A DNA stretch of 64,000 bases from NCBI GenBank assembly GCA_963774955.1, contig CAVZGV010000006.1, forward strand, positions 8,354 through 72,353, given 5' to 3'. How positions within the stretch are numbered: position 1 is the first letter of the stretch; every line of letters starts with the position of its first letter. This document shows positions 18,411 to 27,659 of this stretch, in pieces. Origin of the DNA: Candidatus Falkowbacteria bacterium. Lineage in GTDB: Bacteria; Patescibacteriota; Patescibacteriia; CAIXNZ01. Made by a program: the position numbers and the translations under genes. The notes under the pieces are model-generated. The model was not told the DNA's origin and ran no database searches. It saw only the letters and a program-made list of their open reading frames with translations.

Positions 18411-19466
18411 CTACCTTAACTCAATTACCTGTTCCCAAGGATAATTTGAGTTACTAAAATGACCGTTTTTGGCCGTATCCAAGTAGATTGGCTGGCGCAG
18501 ATCTAATTTCTCAATTATAGCCAAGGGACGAAAATCAAATTTTTGTCTGACTAAATCAGTCAATTTCTGATCATAACCGTTTTCAGTTTCCACGATAACC
18601 ATCAAAGGCTCAGCTTTACCAATAGCATAAGCCACGCTGACCAGGCATTTTTTAGCCAAACCATTAGCCACCAGATTTTTAGCCACGTAGCGGCAGTAAT
18701 AAGCGGCTGAACGGTCAACTTTTGACGGATCTTTGCCTGAGAAAGCGCCACCGCCATGAGGCATCAAACCGCAATAGGTATCAACCATTATTTTGCGCCC
18801 GGTTAAACCTGTATCTGCTTCAAAACCGCCCAATTCAAATTTACCGGTCGGATTAATTAAAAATTCCACATCACTTAAATCCTCAACCAAGGTCGGCAAA
18901 AACTTTTTGATGATTAGAGACTTTAATTCATCTTGTTCAATATCTTTATCGTGCTGAACAGAAATCAAAATTGTTTTTAACTTATTACCCTGCAAAGTTA
19001 TTTGGGCTTTACCATCTGGTTTTAACCATGCGAACTCAGGATTATGTCTCCTGAATTCAGCTAGCGCCTTGGTAATTTTATGCACCAAAACAATTTCCTT
19101 AGGCAAAAATTCAGGAGTTTCGTCAGTGGCAAAACCATACATAATACCCTGATCTCCGGCTCCGCCAGTATCCACGCCTTGGGCAATATCAAGCGATTGT
19201 TTTTCTATTCTAGTTATAATTTCCAAATCCTCATGATAGCCAATATCTTTATAGACCCTTTGGACAATCTCAATCGGATTAACATTTCCTTTGGAAGTAA
19301 CTTCACCGCCAATGACCAAAAGTCCATGGCAGCCGAATGTTTCAATTGCTACTCGTGAATTTGGATCCTGCGCCAAATAAGCGTCTAAAATCGCATCGGA
19401 AATCTGGTCGCAGACTTTGTCAGGATGACCATCTGTCACCGATTCTACAGTAATAAATTTTTCCAT
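18411..19466 (-). CDS. metK: S-adenosylmethionine synthetase (start at MEKFITVES)
   Basis: Contains ESVTDGHPDKVCDQISDAILDA, a GGGAFSGKD P-loop, and a MetK C-terminal domain. Confidence 0.9.
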   Translation of the reverse strand: MEKFITVESVTDGHPDKVCDQISDAILDAYLAQDPNSRVAIETFGCHGLLVIGGEVTSKGNVNPIEIVQRVYKDIGYHEDLEIITRIEKQSLDIAQGVDTGGAGDQGIMYGFATDETPEFLPKEIVLVHKITKALAEFRRHNPEFAWLKPDGKAQITLQGNKLKTILISVQHDKDIEQDELKSLIIKKFLPTLVEDLSDVEFLINPTGKFELGGFEADTGLTGRKIMVDTYCGLMPHGGGAFSGKDPSKVDRSAAYYCRYVAKNLVANGLAKKCLVSVAYAIGKAEPLMVIVETENGYDQKLTDLVRQKFDFRPLAIIEKLDLRQPIYLDTAKNGHFSNSNYPWEQVIELR

Positions 19467-19485
19467 AAAGTATATGTTAATAATT

Positions 19486-19648
19486 AAAAAACTCTTTCCC
19501 AACGAGGAAAGAGCTAAAATATAAAATTATTCATCTTTCCCTTGCGGGCAGGATTTAGCACCTTTTCCTCCTTCGCTAAAACTTAGGAGGATAGGTTGCT
19601 GCATAATTTAACGGGCCTGTTCCCTGCTATGCTCTTGATAATTTATAT
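19486..19648 (-). promoter_or_regulatory. SAM-I (S-box) riboswitch, proximal copy, with intrinsic terminator (19486..19517)
   Basis: The minus strand reads AAUUAUCAAGAGCAUAGCAGGGAACAGGCCCGUU…GCAACC…AAGGUGCUAAAUCCUGC…GAAAGAUGAAUAAU. It is followed by AGCUCUUUCCUCGUUGGGAAAGAGUUUUUU, and the metK ATG lies 20 nt downstream. Confidence 0.8.
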
Positions 19649-19667
19649 TCAATTGTTAAAGGACTGC

Positions 19668-19835
19668 TATTAAAAACAAAAAATCTTACACGCTAGCTGG
19701 GGTAAGATCTAAATATATTACTTATTATCTTCCCCCGCGTTGCGAGGCTGAATTTAGCACCTTATGGCCAAAAACCACAGGTTGCTGGTGAGCTTGTAAC
19801 GGGTCAGTTCCCTTGCCCACTCTCTGGATAATGAT
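19668..19835 (-). promoter_or_regulatory. SAM-I (S-box) riboswitch, distal copy, with its own terminator (19683..19715)
   Basis: The minus strand reads UUAUCCAGAGAGUGGGCAAGGGAACUGACCCGUUACAAGCUCACCAGCAACC…AAGGUGCUAAAUUCAGCC…GGGGGAAGAUAA. It is followed by AUCUUACCCCAGCUAGCGUGUAAGAUUUUUUGUUUUU. Confidence 0.85.
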
Positions 19836-19859
19836 TATTCAATTTTTAACTATGATTAC

Positions 19860-19888
19860 ATCTTAGCATATCTGAAGAAAAAAGTCAA
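19860..19888 (-). promoter_or_regulatory. Promoter for riboswitch-metK transcript (TTGACT-17-TAAGAT)
   Basis: The minus strand reads cTTGACTtttttcttcagatatgcTAAGATg. Confidence 0.55.
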
Positions 19889-19901
19889 GATACAAATGAT
19901 A

Positions 19902-19935
19902 AAAAAATCCCCACCGTGTCACGGCGAGGATTGAA
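19902..19935 (-). terminator. Intrinsic terminator (copy A of a repeated terminator-promoter module)
   Basis: The minus strand reads ATCCTCGCCGTGACACGGTGGGGATTTTTTTATC. Confidence 0.6.
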
Positions 19936-19946
19936 CATTATTTTTG

Positions 19947-20333
19947 TTAAAATCCTTCTTGTTCCAAATAAACTTCCATTGGAATTGCCGCCAGCATTCT
20001 GGCAAATTCCCGGAAATCCGGCTTACCGGTGCACACAAGCAACGCCTTGAGAGTAATGTCGCTTGGCTGGCAATGATTAAGTTCAGCCAGGATCCTTTTC
20101 ACCAGATCCAAGTTAAACTGGCTGACAAAGGCTTCAAATTCCTTGGGCCAATGCTGCCGCTGGATAACGAAATCTTTACTGACAACTCGTAAAGAGCCGT
20201 AATTCATGGCAATCAGGGCCTGATGCATGTCAGGATCAACTGTGATAAGCACAGTAGGCCCGTCAATGCTCTCAAATTCAACTGAAATCTGCTTGCCAGG
20301 CTTGAGAACCTGATCACGATATTCGTAAATCAT
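19947..20333 (-). CDS. Hypothetical 128-aa protein
   Basis: ORF flanked by a promoter and terminator modules. Confidence 0.45.
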   Translation of the reverse strand: MIYEYRDQVLKPGKQISVEFESIDGPTVLITVDPDMHQALIAMNYGSLRVVSKDFVIQRQHWPKEFEAFVSQFNLDLVKRILAELNHCQPSDITLKALLVCTGKPDFREFARMLAAIPMEVYLEQEGF

Positions 20334-20401
20334 TCTGCCCTCCTAAAGGATATTTGATCTTGATATAATAATCTATCATTTTTTATATCTTTTGTCAAGA
20401 T

Positions 20402-20432
20402 AAAAAAATCCCCACCGCGTCGCGGTGAGGAT
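20402..20432 (-). terminator. Intrinsic terminator (copy B; ~85% identical to 19902..19935 element, followed by TTGACA -35)
   Basis: The minus strand reads ATCCTCACCGCGACGCGGTGGGGATTTTTTTATCTTGACAA. Confidence 0.6.
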
Positions 20433-20437
20433 TAACC

Positions 20438-20650
20438 TTAACGGAAAAAATTTCTGATTTCCCAGGCTATAAACTCGGCTATGACTTTAAAAAATAATTC
20501 AACGTCATCCCGATACCAGAATAAAAAAAGGCTACTCAGGATAAAGATGAATTGGAACCACTCAGTGCTCATGCCAAAGACTTCAATGAAAAAAATACCT
20601 AATAGCCAGGAAAAAACTGCAGCTCCGATATAATACCGATAGCCCCACAT
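20438..20650 (-). CDS. Small (70 aa) two-helix membrane protein
   Basis: Hydrophobic segments are present, with AGGAGG-like sequence upstream. Confidence 0.4.
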   Translation of the reverse strand: MWGYRYYIGAAVFSWLLGIFFIEVFGMSTEWFQFIFILSSLFLFWYRDDVELFFKVIAEFIAWEIRNFFR

Positions 20651-20739
20651 TATTTTCCACCTCCTTTGAAAGAATCAAATCCCTCAATACTCTAATTAAA
20701 GATTAATTTTTTAATTATGTCAATACTAAGCTTAAATCA

Positions 20740-20768
20740 TTGACATATTTGTTTTTTTCTGCTACACT
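20740..20768 (+). promoter_or_regulatory. Sigma-70-like promoter (TTGACA-17-TACACT)
   Basis: aTTGACAtatttgtttttttctgcTACACTacc lies upstream of the 20839 ORF. Confidence 0.55.
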
Positions 20769-20838
20769 ACCTTATTCACTACTACCCCAATCTAATAATT
20801 TTTCTTGCCAGAACATAAATCAAAGGAGGTGATGACAT

Positions 20839-21132
20839 GTGTCAAACAAAATGTTCGGCGGCAAGATAGGCGGTAAGCACACGACCCTGATTGACGCGGC
20901 TTTGCCTTTAGTCATTCAGGCGTGTAAGTTACCGACAGTTCGCAAGGTTACTCTTAACACCATAAGGTATGTTAATAGTAAACAAGGCGGACCAAACCGG
21001 GTAAAGTTCCGAATTATAAACGGAGGCTTGCAGGCCAAAGTGCGCGGCAATGCCTCCATCCAGTTTATCTGTATTTATTGTTCGGAACCGGAACAAACCC
21101 AGGAAAGGCTGGAACAAGTTTTCAGCCACTAG
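20839..21132 (+). CDS. Hypothetical 97-aa protein (GTG or internal ATG start)
   Basis: AGGAGGTGATGAC upstream. No family assigned. Confidence 0.4.
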   Translation: MSNKMFGGKIGGKHTTLIDAALPLVIQACKLPTVRKVTLNTIRYVNSKQGGPNRVKFRIINGGLQAKVRGNASIQFICIYCSEPEQTQERLEQVFSH

Positions 21133-21216
21133 ACTAGAAAGGAGTTTATAATGAATAATGAAAAGAAACTAACTCCATTCTAAAAGACCCTGCTCGTAAT
21201 TGAGACAGGGTCTTTT

Positions 21217-21657
21217 CTATGTACCTGAGTTTAATTTATATCTGATTCTTAAAATACCGTCGCTATAATCGTGAGAAATAATTTTAAACTCTCCGATTTC
21301 CCTTGTAGAATTTACATGTGGTCCTATGCAAGGACAGGCATCGTAATCTCCTATTGTAATAATGCGAATTTGATCTGTATCGCCGTCCGGTAAACGAGAA
21401 AGGTCGAATTCCTTAGCAGCAAATTCACGGCTTACAAACCCCTCAATAATCCGCAAATCTTGAGCAATTACTTCGTTAATCTTATTTTCTAAAGTCACAA
21501 CTTCAGTTTCAGTCAAATCACGATCAATCTTGTAATCGCATTTAGATTTTTTGGCTTCAATATGGGCACTAAAACAACGACCAGTGCCGAATAAACGGAT
21601 CATGGTCTGATTGAGCAGATGTTCGGCGGTATGCATAGGCGGATTAGTATCTTTCAT
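21217..21657 (-). CDS. alaX: AlaX-S-like tRNA editing domain protein (Ala-tRNA synthetase second additional domain)
   Basis: Zinc motifs HTAEHLL and CPCIGPHV (HxxxH…CxxxH). 146 aa. Confidence 0.7.
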   Translation of the reverse strand: MKDTNPPMHTAEHLLNQTMIRLFGTGRCFSAHIEAKKSKCDYKIDRDLTETEVVTLENKINEVIAQDLRIIEGFVSREFAAKEFDLSRLPDGDTDQIRIITIGDYDACPCIGPHVNSTREIGEFKIISHDYSDGILRIRYKLNSGT

Positions 21658-21663
21658 ATTTTA

Positions 21664-22371
21664 CTAGATTTTAGTTTTAATTATTGTACCGATAAAACTC
21701 CCGCCATTGATATAGCTTAATAAATTCCAGATGTTATTGCCGTTCATAATAAAGACTTCCAGCTTTAATTTTGCGGCCAGCTGACTGGCAATAGGATCAA
21801 AAGGCAAATTCGCGCCCGGATCCCATTCAGTACCCACAATTTTAATAAATTCCGGCCAAGTAGTTTGCTCAATTTTTTTGGCGTCTGGGAATTTCTTGGG
21901 ATCTTTGTCATAGACATAATCAATATTAGACAAATTAATGACTTTTTTAGCTTTAAATTTTTTAGCCAAATTAACAGCCATGTTATCCGAAGAAGCTCCC
22001 GGTTTCCAGCCGCCGGCTACAATGACGGGCGCATTTTTATTCCTATCCATCCGGGCATTCGGTTTATCCAGAACTTTATAATAAGCAAAACTATTAAACA
22101 TAATTCTGACCAGTTCGGCGTTAACTTTGGTGGCCTTTATTCCCATCCAGTCCAATTCCCTGGCCGTAACCTGGGGATTTAATTCCCTAGCTACTTGATT
22201 ATATTTACGGCAAATCCTGCCCCCGCCGGTAATCAAAACGATACGATTACCCTGACCAACAAATTTTAAAACCGTCTCTTTTAGTCTAAGAAGAAAATTT
22301 AAATCTAATTCCTCGGGATAAATTAACGAGCCGCCGACTGAAATAATGATTGTTGCTTTAAATTTTTTCAT
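21664..22371 (-). CDS. Amino-acid kinase family protein, probable uridylate kinase (archaeal-type PyrH-like)
   Basis: IIISVGGSLI…ITGGGRICRKY…VIVAGGW. This is carbamate-kinase fold architecture. Confidence 0.5.
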   Translation of the reverse strand: MKKFKATIIISVGGSLIYPEELDLNFLLRLKETVLKFVGQGNRIVLITGGGRICRKYNQVARELNPQVTARELDWMGIKATKVNAELVRIMFNSFAYYKVLDKPNARMDRNKNAPVIVAGGWKPGASSDNMAVNLAKKFKAKKVINLSNIDYVYDKDPKKFPDAKKIEQTTWPEFIKIVGTEWDPGANLPFDPIASQLAAKLKLEVFIMNGNNIWNLLSYINGGSFIGTIIKTKI

Positions 22372-22423
22372 ATTGACAATATTATATAATTGAATTAAGT
22401 TATAAGTCAAAGGAGGGCTTAAA

Positions 22424-23185
22424 ATGAAAATGGCAATAGCTTGTGATCATGGTGGCTATGATTTCAAAAGCAATATTCTGATGGGTTTTTTGGAGAAATT
22501 GGGACACGAGTCAATTGACTGCGGCACCTATTCTTCAGAACCAGTTGATTATCCTGATTTTGCAGCCAAGGCTGTCTACAAAATTTTGCTGGCTGAAGCC
22601 GAAAGGGCAATTTTAATCTGTGGCACAGGCATCGGTATGTCTATGGCAGCCAACAGATTCCCCCAAATCAGAGCAGCTTTAGCTTATGATAACGCGAGCG
22701 CCTGTCTGAGCCGCGAACATAATGATGCCAATGTTTTGTGCCTAGGAGCCAGAATAACCCCATACGGCAAGCTACTGCAAATAGTCCAACTTTGGCTGGA
22801 AACAGAATTTTCCTCCGAACAACGGCACATTAATCGTTTAGCCAAAATTGAACTTATAAAGCCGGAAATTCATTCCCTACCGGAAATTGACGGCAATCTG
22901 CTCGAAAAAACTGTCAGTGATTTCCAGTCCCAGATTGCCCGCCTAAAAGCAAAATGCGAATATTTGCATCATGAGAAAATTTATTGGGTCGGACTGGCCT
23001 CCAGAGCTGCTAAAGACAAACGCGATTTTGTCCAAGCAGCCTGCATGCAAGCCATGCGAAAATACAATTTACAGATAACCGAAGAACTGAACATTGAATC
23101 AGCGTTCGACGACAAGGTCGCAGAGCTGGAATCAAGAATCAATATCCTGCAACACATGCTGGATATTGCCTGCAATCAAAAATAA
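22424..23185 (+). CDS. rpiB: Ribose-5-phosphate isomerase B (RpiB/LacAB) fused to a ~100-aa C-terminal coiled-coil extension
   Basis: Residues 1-145 are MKMAIACDHGGYDFK…ICGTGIGMSMAANRFP… The remainder is helical and unrelated. Confidence 0.75.
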   Translation: MKMAIACDHGGYDFKSNILMGFLEKLGHESIDCGTYSSEPVDYPDFAAKAVYKILLAEAERAILICGTGIGMSMAANRFPQIRAALAYDNASACLSREHNDANVLCLGARITPYGKLLQIVQLWLETEFSSEQRHINRLAKIELIKPEIHSLPEIDGNLLEKTVSDFQSQIARLKAKCEYLHHEKIYWVGLASRAAKDKRDFVQAACMQAMRKYNLQITEELNIESAFDDKVAELESRINILQHMLDIACNQK

Positions 23186-23207
23186 AGAACGACGCAAGTC
23201 GTTCTTT

Positions 23208-23672
23208 TTATTTATGATAATCACTGCCCTTAATAATTTCAAAACTGCGATAAATTTGTTCTAAAAGTAATAACCTAATCAACTGATGAGTAAAAGTCAT
23301 TCTGGAAAACGATAAAGCTAAGTCGACTTTAGCCAGAACTTGCTGAGACAAACCCAAGGGCCCGCCGATGATAAAACAAATTTTCGCGCCTTTAAAATCT
23401 TTATTCTCTTTAATCAAATTACTCAATTCCTCACTATTAATTTCTTTACCCATGACATGTAAAGCAATATTGTAATAATCCTGATCCAAACTTTTCAAAA
23501 TCCGTTCCCCTTCCTTGGCCAATATATCATCAGCCGGCTGAGATTTAATCGGTTCTTCTTTTAAATTTATAATCTCAATCTGGGCGTATCGGGTTAAACG
23601 CTTTAAAAACTCAGTCTCAGCCTCAGTGTAATCTGACTTGGTTTTAGATATGGTTATGATCTTTATTTTCAT
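23208..23672 (-). CDS. rlmH: 23S rRNA (pseudouridine1915-N3)-methyltransferase RlmH (SPOUT)
   Basis: 154 aa. Begins MKIKIITISKTKSDY… and has a GGPLGLS knot region. Confidence 0.8.
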   Translation of the reverse strand: MKIKIITISKTKSDYTEAETEFLKRLTRYAQIEIINLKEEPIKSQPADDILAKEGERILKSLDQDYYNIALHVMGKEINSEELSNLIKENKDFKGAKICFIIGGPLGLSQQVLAKVDLALSFSRMTFTHQLIRLLLLEQIYRSFEIIKGSDYHK

Positions 23673-23735
23673 ACTGTATTAATTTTATCGCTTATATTTA
23701 AAAAGGACAAGGCAGTTGCCTCGTCCTTGGGAATT

Positions 23736-24071
23736 TTAATTTTCCTTCATTCTGGCGCGGTTACACTTGGGACAAATTCTGACAGTTGTGTATTTCTCAA
23801 CCGGACAGTCTGTTTTCGTCGCCGATATTAACTTCCCTTTATTTTTACCGTCAGCAGCGACCAGCATAACCGGCCATTTGTCTGATGCTTTAGGTTTGAT
23901 GACCATTTTCCCTGTTTTGAGGTCTTTAGTCGCAAACAGAGGTCCGACTTGGCCGCAAAGCACGCAGATTACATGATATTTACCACTGGCATCCATCTGA
24001 GCTCTTTGTTCGGCAATTAGCTTCGAAACAGCTGACTTCTTTCCCCTGCCAATTACAGTGTTTTGTGACAT
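23736..24071 (-). CDS. Zinc-ribbon protein, unknown function
   Basis: CVLCGQ…CPVEK…CPKCNRA. Confidence 0.45.
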   Translation of the reverse strand: MSQNTVIGRGKKSAVSKLIAEQRAQMDASGKYHVICVLCGQVGPLFATKDLKTGKMVIKPKASDKWPVMLVAADGKNKGKLISATKTDCPVEKYTTVRICPKCNRARMKEN

Positions 24072-24106
24072 GAGTTCCTCCTTAAGCTAAAATTATCAAC
24101 TAATTT

Positions 24107-24670
24107 TTAATTAGTCAAATGTGTTATTTCCAGACCTGTGCCGATATCCTTTAATTCACTTTGATATTTTTTTTCGTTGTTAACATAGTATAAATAATCT
24201 TCCAATACATGCTTATGCGAAATGACATTGTCAGCTACGATCAAAGCACCCTCATTCAAATGGGGTTCCAAAAGTTTTAACTGGGGCAAGTATTCATTTT
24301 TGCGTCCGTCCAGAAAAACAAAATCAACTTTTTCATTCCAATGTTTTAGCCGTTTATTAGCATCATCAGGAATTATATTCACATACTGGATTAATTTGGC
24401 AATTTGCAGATTATGAACCAAATCACGGACTTTGTCCGGTACAAATTCAAAAGTATAAAATTTAGCGCCTACATGTCTGGCGCCCATAGCCAGCCAAATC
24501 GTGGAATAACCATTGGATGCCCCTATCTCCATCATCACCTGAGGTTTTTTCTCAAGAATTAACTCGTACAAAAACTGCCCGGTTTCCCGGGAAATATTCC
24601 ACTGGCCGCCTTCATTGTTAATTACCTCAAGTTTCTTGAGTAAATTATCGATTTTGTCATCAATAGTCAT
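24107..24670 (-). CDS. Class I SAM-dependent O-methyltransferase (family 3-like)
   Basis: MMEIGASNGYSTIWLA… is a Rossmann motif I, followed by …FLDGRKNEY…. Confidence 0.65.
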   Translation of the reverse strand: MTIDDKIDNLLKKLEVINNEGGQWNISRETGQFLYELILEKKPQVMMEIGASNGYSTIWLAMGARHVGAKFYTFEFVPDKVRDLVHNLQIAKLIQYVNIIPDDANKRLKHWNEKVDFVFLDGRKNEYLPQLKLLEPHLNEGALIVADNVISHKHVLEDYLYYVNNEKKYQSELKDIGTGLEITHLTN

Positions 24671-24794
24671 ACTCTTAATTTAGCTTATTTCAGCCTTTTT
24701 TACAAGTAACTGATTGACATTTTGACTTAAAAATGCTAAATTTATCAATCAAAAGAAGTCTAAAGATTGTTATTTTAAAATAAGGAGGCAGATC

Positions 24795-25937
24795 ATGCTG
24801 TCAGATAAAGCCAGATACAGAATCTTCGGCCTGGCGCTGGAGACTGTTTTTGAAACCGGTGATTTCCTGAAAATCATTCAAGACTTACAACGTGACGATC
24901 CGGAAATGGCAATTTTTTTCTTCAAAATAAAATGGGCTAAGGTCAAACGAATCCTGATTGACAGCGGCTCCTGGGCCACACGGTTTGAAGCCATTGAACT
25001 TTTAGACACCTTCATGAATACTTATCGGATTAAAAACCGGGAAATTTGGGAAGAAGTTCTGCATACTGATCAGGATCTATTCCTCTTCGGGAAAAAAATC
25101 TCCCTGAATACGATCTGGGAAGAACGGCTCAAGGCCGATCCGAAACAAAGGATGGAAATTGACCGTCTGACCATTATCAAGGCGCTCCTTAATACTTACA
25201 TGCTCGAAACTAAAATCATGCAGGATTCTGAATCCCTAAGGCGTCTTGATGTCATTTTCCCCCAGGAACTGCAAATCGTGGTGGATAAGCTTAAACACTA
25301 CCAGATTCGTTGCAGTGTTGAAGACCTGCAACGGCTGCTGGAAGAAGAATTTCCCAGATTACCGCAAAGCTATTTCAACTATGTTGGAAAATACTTGCAG
25401 CAAATTCTGGATGGGTATCAGGCTGTTGACTTTGAACTGCCTTCAAGGGTAAGCGCAGAAACAGACACGTTGGAAGATGAATTTGACAATGTTTTCGCCA
25501 ATGCCCTGGTGGATGAAGAAATCAATCACCTTAAAACCAGAGAACCAGAAGTTTCTCTGGATGAAGGCAATCAGTCACTGGTCATAAATCTAAAGGGCAA
25601 AGATTATGAAATCACGGTTGACAGCATCACGGATCTGTTACTCAAGATGCTTAATTTCCCAGTCGAGGAAATTTATAACCGGGTGGCCGATCAGATACGA
25701 ACTTTCCGCCGCCATGCCAGGGATGAAGACAGGCTGGAAACATTCTGGCTAATCATTGATAATGTGGAAAAACAGCTGCAGGCACAATGGACAAAAGATG
25801 ATCAGTCCGAACTGATGGAAAAAATCGGCAAAATTATAACCTGTATCAGTATCCTCAAAACTGAGATGGGTAATGATATTGCCTTACTGTGCAGCCTACG
25901 CTTGGCCAAAGAAGCGCAAAATAAGGCCGGGACTTAA
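24795..25937 (+). CDS. Hypothetical 380-aa helical protein
   Basis: Long ORF with an RBS (AAGGAGGCAGATC). No family assigned. Confidence 0.5.
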   Translation: MLSDKARYRIFGLALETVFETGDFLKIIQDLQRDDPEMAIFFFKIKWAKVKRILIDSGSWATRFEAIELLDTFMNTYRIKNREIWEEVLHTDQDLFLFGKKISLNTIWEERLKADPKQRMEIDRLTIIKALLNTYMLETKIMQDSESLRRLDVIFPQELQIVVDKLKHYQIRCSVEDLQRLLEEEFPRLPQSYFNYVGKYLQQILDGYQAVDFELPSRVSAETDTLEDEFDNVFANALVDEEINHLKTREPEVSLDEGNQSLVINLKGKDYEITVDSITDLLLKMLNFPVEEIYNRVADQIRTFRRHARDEDRLETFWLIIDNVEKQLQAQWTKDDQSELMEKIGKIITCISILKTEMGNDIALLCSLRLAKEAQNKAGT

Positions 25938-25957
25938 AACCCGGCCTTTTTATTTTT
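25925..25957 (+). terminator. Intrinsic terminator
   Basis: GGCCGGGACTTAAAACCCGGCCTTTTTATTTTT. Confidence 0.7.
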
Positions 25958-25988
25958 CCTATATATCTGATTTTAAAATCCTAATTAT

Positions 25989-26567
25989 CTAATTCCTTTT
26001 CTTGATTTCCAAATCATACATTATTTCCTCAATTTTCCTGAGATTATTCTTGGCCTGATCGAATTTCGGACGTAAAGGACCGAGCATATTAAACTTTATT
26101 AATTCCTTAACCACATCTTCAATTGTCTGCTCACAGGCTGCCACTTCCTCATATCTGTGTCTGGTCGCTAAAAAAATGGCCTTTCTAACCAGTTCACCGG
26201 TAAAATCACATAATCCCCCCAAATAGCTGTCACAATCGATTTTAAGCCCTGCTATAGCCGTAATTTTGCCTGTTTTTAGGTATTGATAGAATAACTTAGC
26301 TTCCACATACTCTTCCATGGCCGCCAAATAAGAACCTTCGTATTCCAAACCGTCTTCGACTTTAATTTTTGTCGCCAAGTACTTAAATAACTTATCGCAC
26401 TCTTCAAGACACTTTTCCGCTTCAGCGATATTATCGCGATGCAAGGCAAAAATAGCCATTTTAGCAAATTTCAAAATGTCATTGCTGTGTTTAATAATGA
26501 TCCTGCGGTTGATATCGTAAGAATCATACTCTTTCTTCAGCTTGGTAAAAAATTTTTGATCTAACAT
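25989..26567 (-). CDS. Hypothetical all-alpha protein (possibly translin-like)
   Basis: 192 aa helical. The family call is tentative. Confidence 0.35.
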   Translation of the reverse strand: MLDQKFFTKLKKEYDSYDINRRIIIKHSNDILKFAKMAIFALHRDNIAEAEKCLEECDKLFKYLATKIKVEDGLEYEGSYLAAMEEYVEAKLFYQYLKTGKITAIAGLKIDCDSYLGGLCDFTGELVRKAIFLATRHRYEEVAACEQTIEDVVKELIKFNMLGPLRPKFDQAKNNLRKIEEIMYDLEIKKRN

Positions 26568-26618
26568 ACTTTTAGCATATAGCTAATGGCAAATAGCGTA
26601 TTGCTATTAGCATAATAA

Positions 26619-27659
26619 TTAATTATTAATAAAATATTTGGCCCGGTTAGCGGCATGTTCTTCCAATGTTCTGGCAAAAACCATATCACCCTCAGGCGTA
26701 TTAATGAAATAAAAGTAGTTATTCTTATCAGGATAAACTGCAGCTAAAATTGAATCCAATCCTGGATTACAAATTGGACCAGGAGGTAAACCTGGATATT
26801 TATAGGTGTTATATAAGCTATCAACGTCTAAATCGTCATAGCTCGGACGGTCAGTCTGTTTACCCGTAATGTAATTGACTGTCGGATCAGCCTGTAATGG
26901 CATCCCGATTTTGAGACGATTATAATAAACTCCCGCTACCATTTTTTTGTCTTCCGAAGTTTGCGCTTCCTTTTCAACTATGGAAGCCAGGGTCAGAATA
27001 TCATAAAGCTTTTTATCCTGGCCGACAATATCACCCAAGACTTTACTGTCAATTTTTTTATCAAAATTATTAAGCATTTTAACGATCACATCTTTAAGGT
27101 CAGAATCCTTAAAAATCCGATAGGTGTCCGGAAACAAATAACCTTCCAAACTAACTCCCTCGGGTTTTTCCTGCAAAAATTCATAATCTTTAACCCAAGC
27201 CGGCATTTGAATATTATAATGCTTACCAGGTTGTCCGCTTTGGGCAAAAAAGTCTTCTTTTTTCGCCAAGCCTATTTTTTCAAAATAATCCGCCAAATCA
27301 TACAGGTCCCAGCCTTCAATAATTTTTATATTCAATTCATTATCCAAGGCATTGCCTGAAGTTAAAGCATTGGTCAGCTGACGGAGGCTCCAGGTATCTT
27401 TTATCTCATGCTCTCCGGCCAGAATTTTACCTTCAGCTTTTTTCAACCAAACATAGGTTTCAAAAACAAAAGAATTGTCAATCAAACCATCTTTTTTCAA
27501 ATCGCGGCTGATTTGGTTAACACCAGAACCTGCCTTGATCACAAAAGTCTTGCTGACACCCGACCCCTCCTGGGAAATAAAAACTATCTTAAAAAGCCAA
27601 CCGGCAATTAAAACCGCAATAATAAATATAACAATAATAATGGCGAAAAATTTTTTCAT
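26619..27659 (-). CDS. mltG: Endolytic murein transglycosylase MltG (YceG-like)
   Basis: N-terminal TM helix, a YceG domain (…LASIVEKEA…) and GLPPGPICNPG. Confidence 0.8.
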   Translation of the reverse strand: MKKFFAIIIVIFIIAVLIAGWLFKIVFISQEGSGVSKTFVIKAGSGVNQISRDLKKDGLIDNSFVFETYVWLKKAEGKILAGEHEIKDTWSLRQLTNALTSGNALDNELNIKIIEGWDLYDLADYFEKIGLAKKEDFFAQSGQPGKHYNIQMPAWVKDYEFLQEKPEGVSLEGYLFPDTYRIFKDSDLKDVIVKMLNNFDKKIDSKVLGDIVGQDKKLYDILTLASIVEKEAQTSEDKKMVAGVYYNRLKIGMPLQADPTVNYITGKQTDRPSYDDLDVDSLYNTYKYPGLPPGPICNPGLDSILAAVYPDKNNYFYFINTPEGDMVFARTLEEHAANRAKYFINN

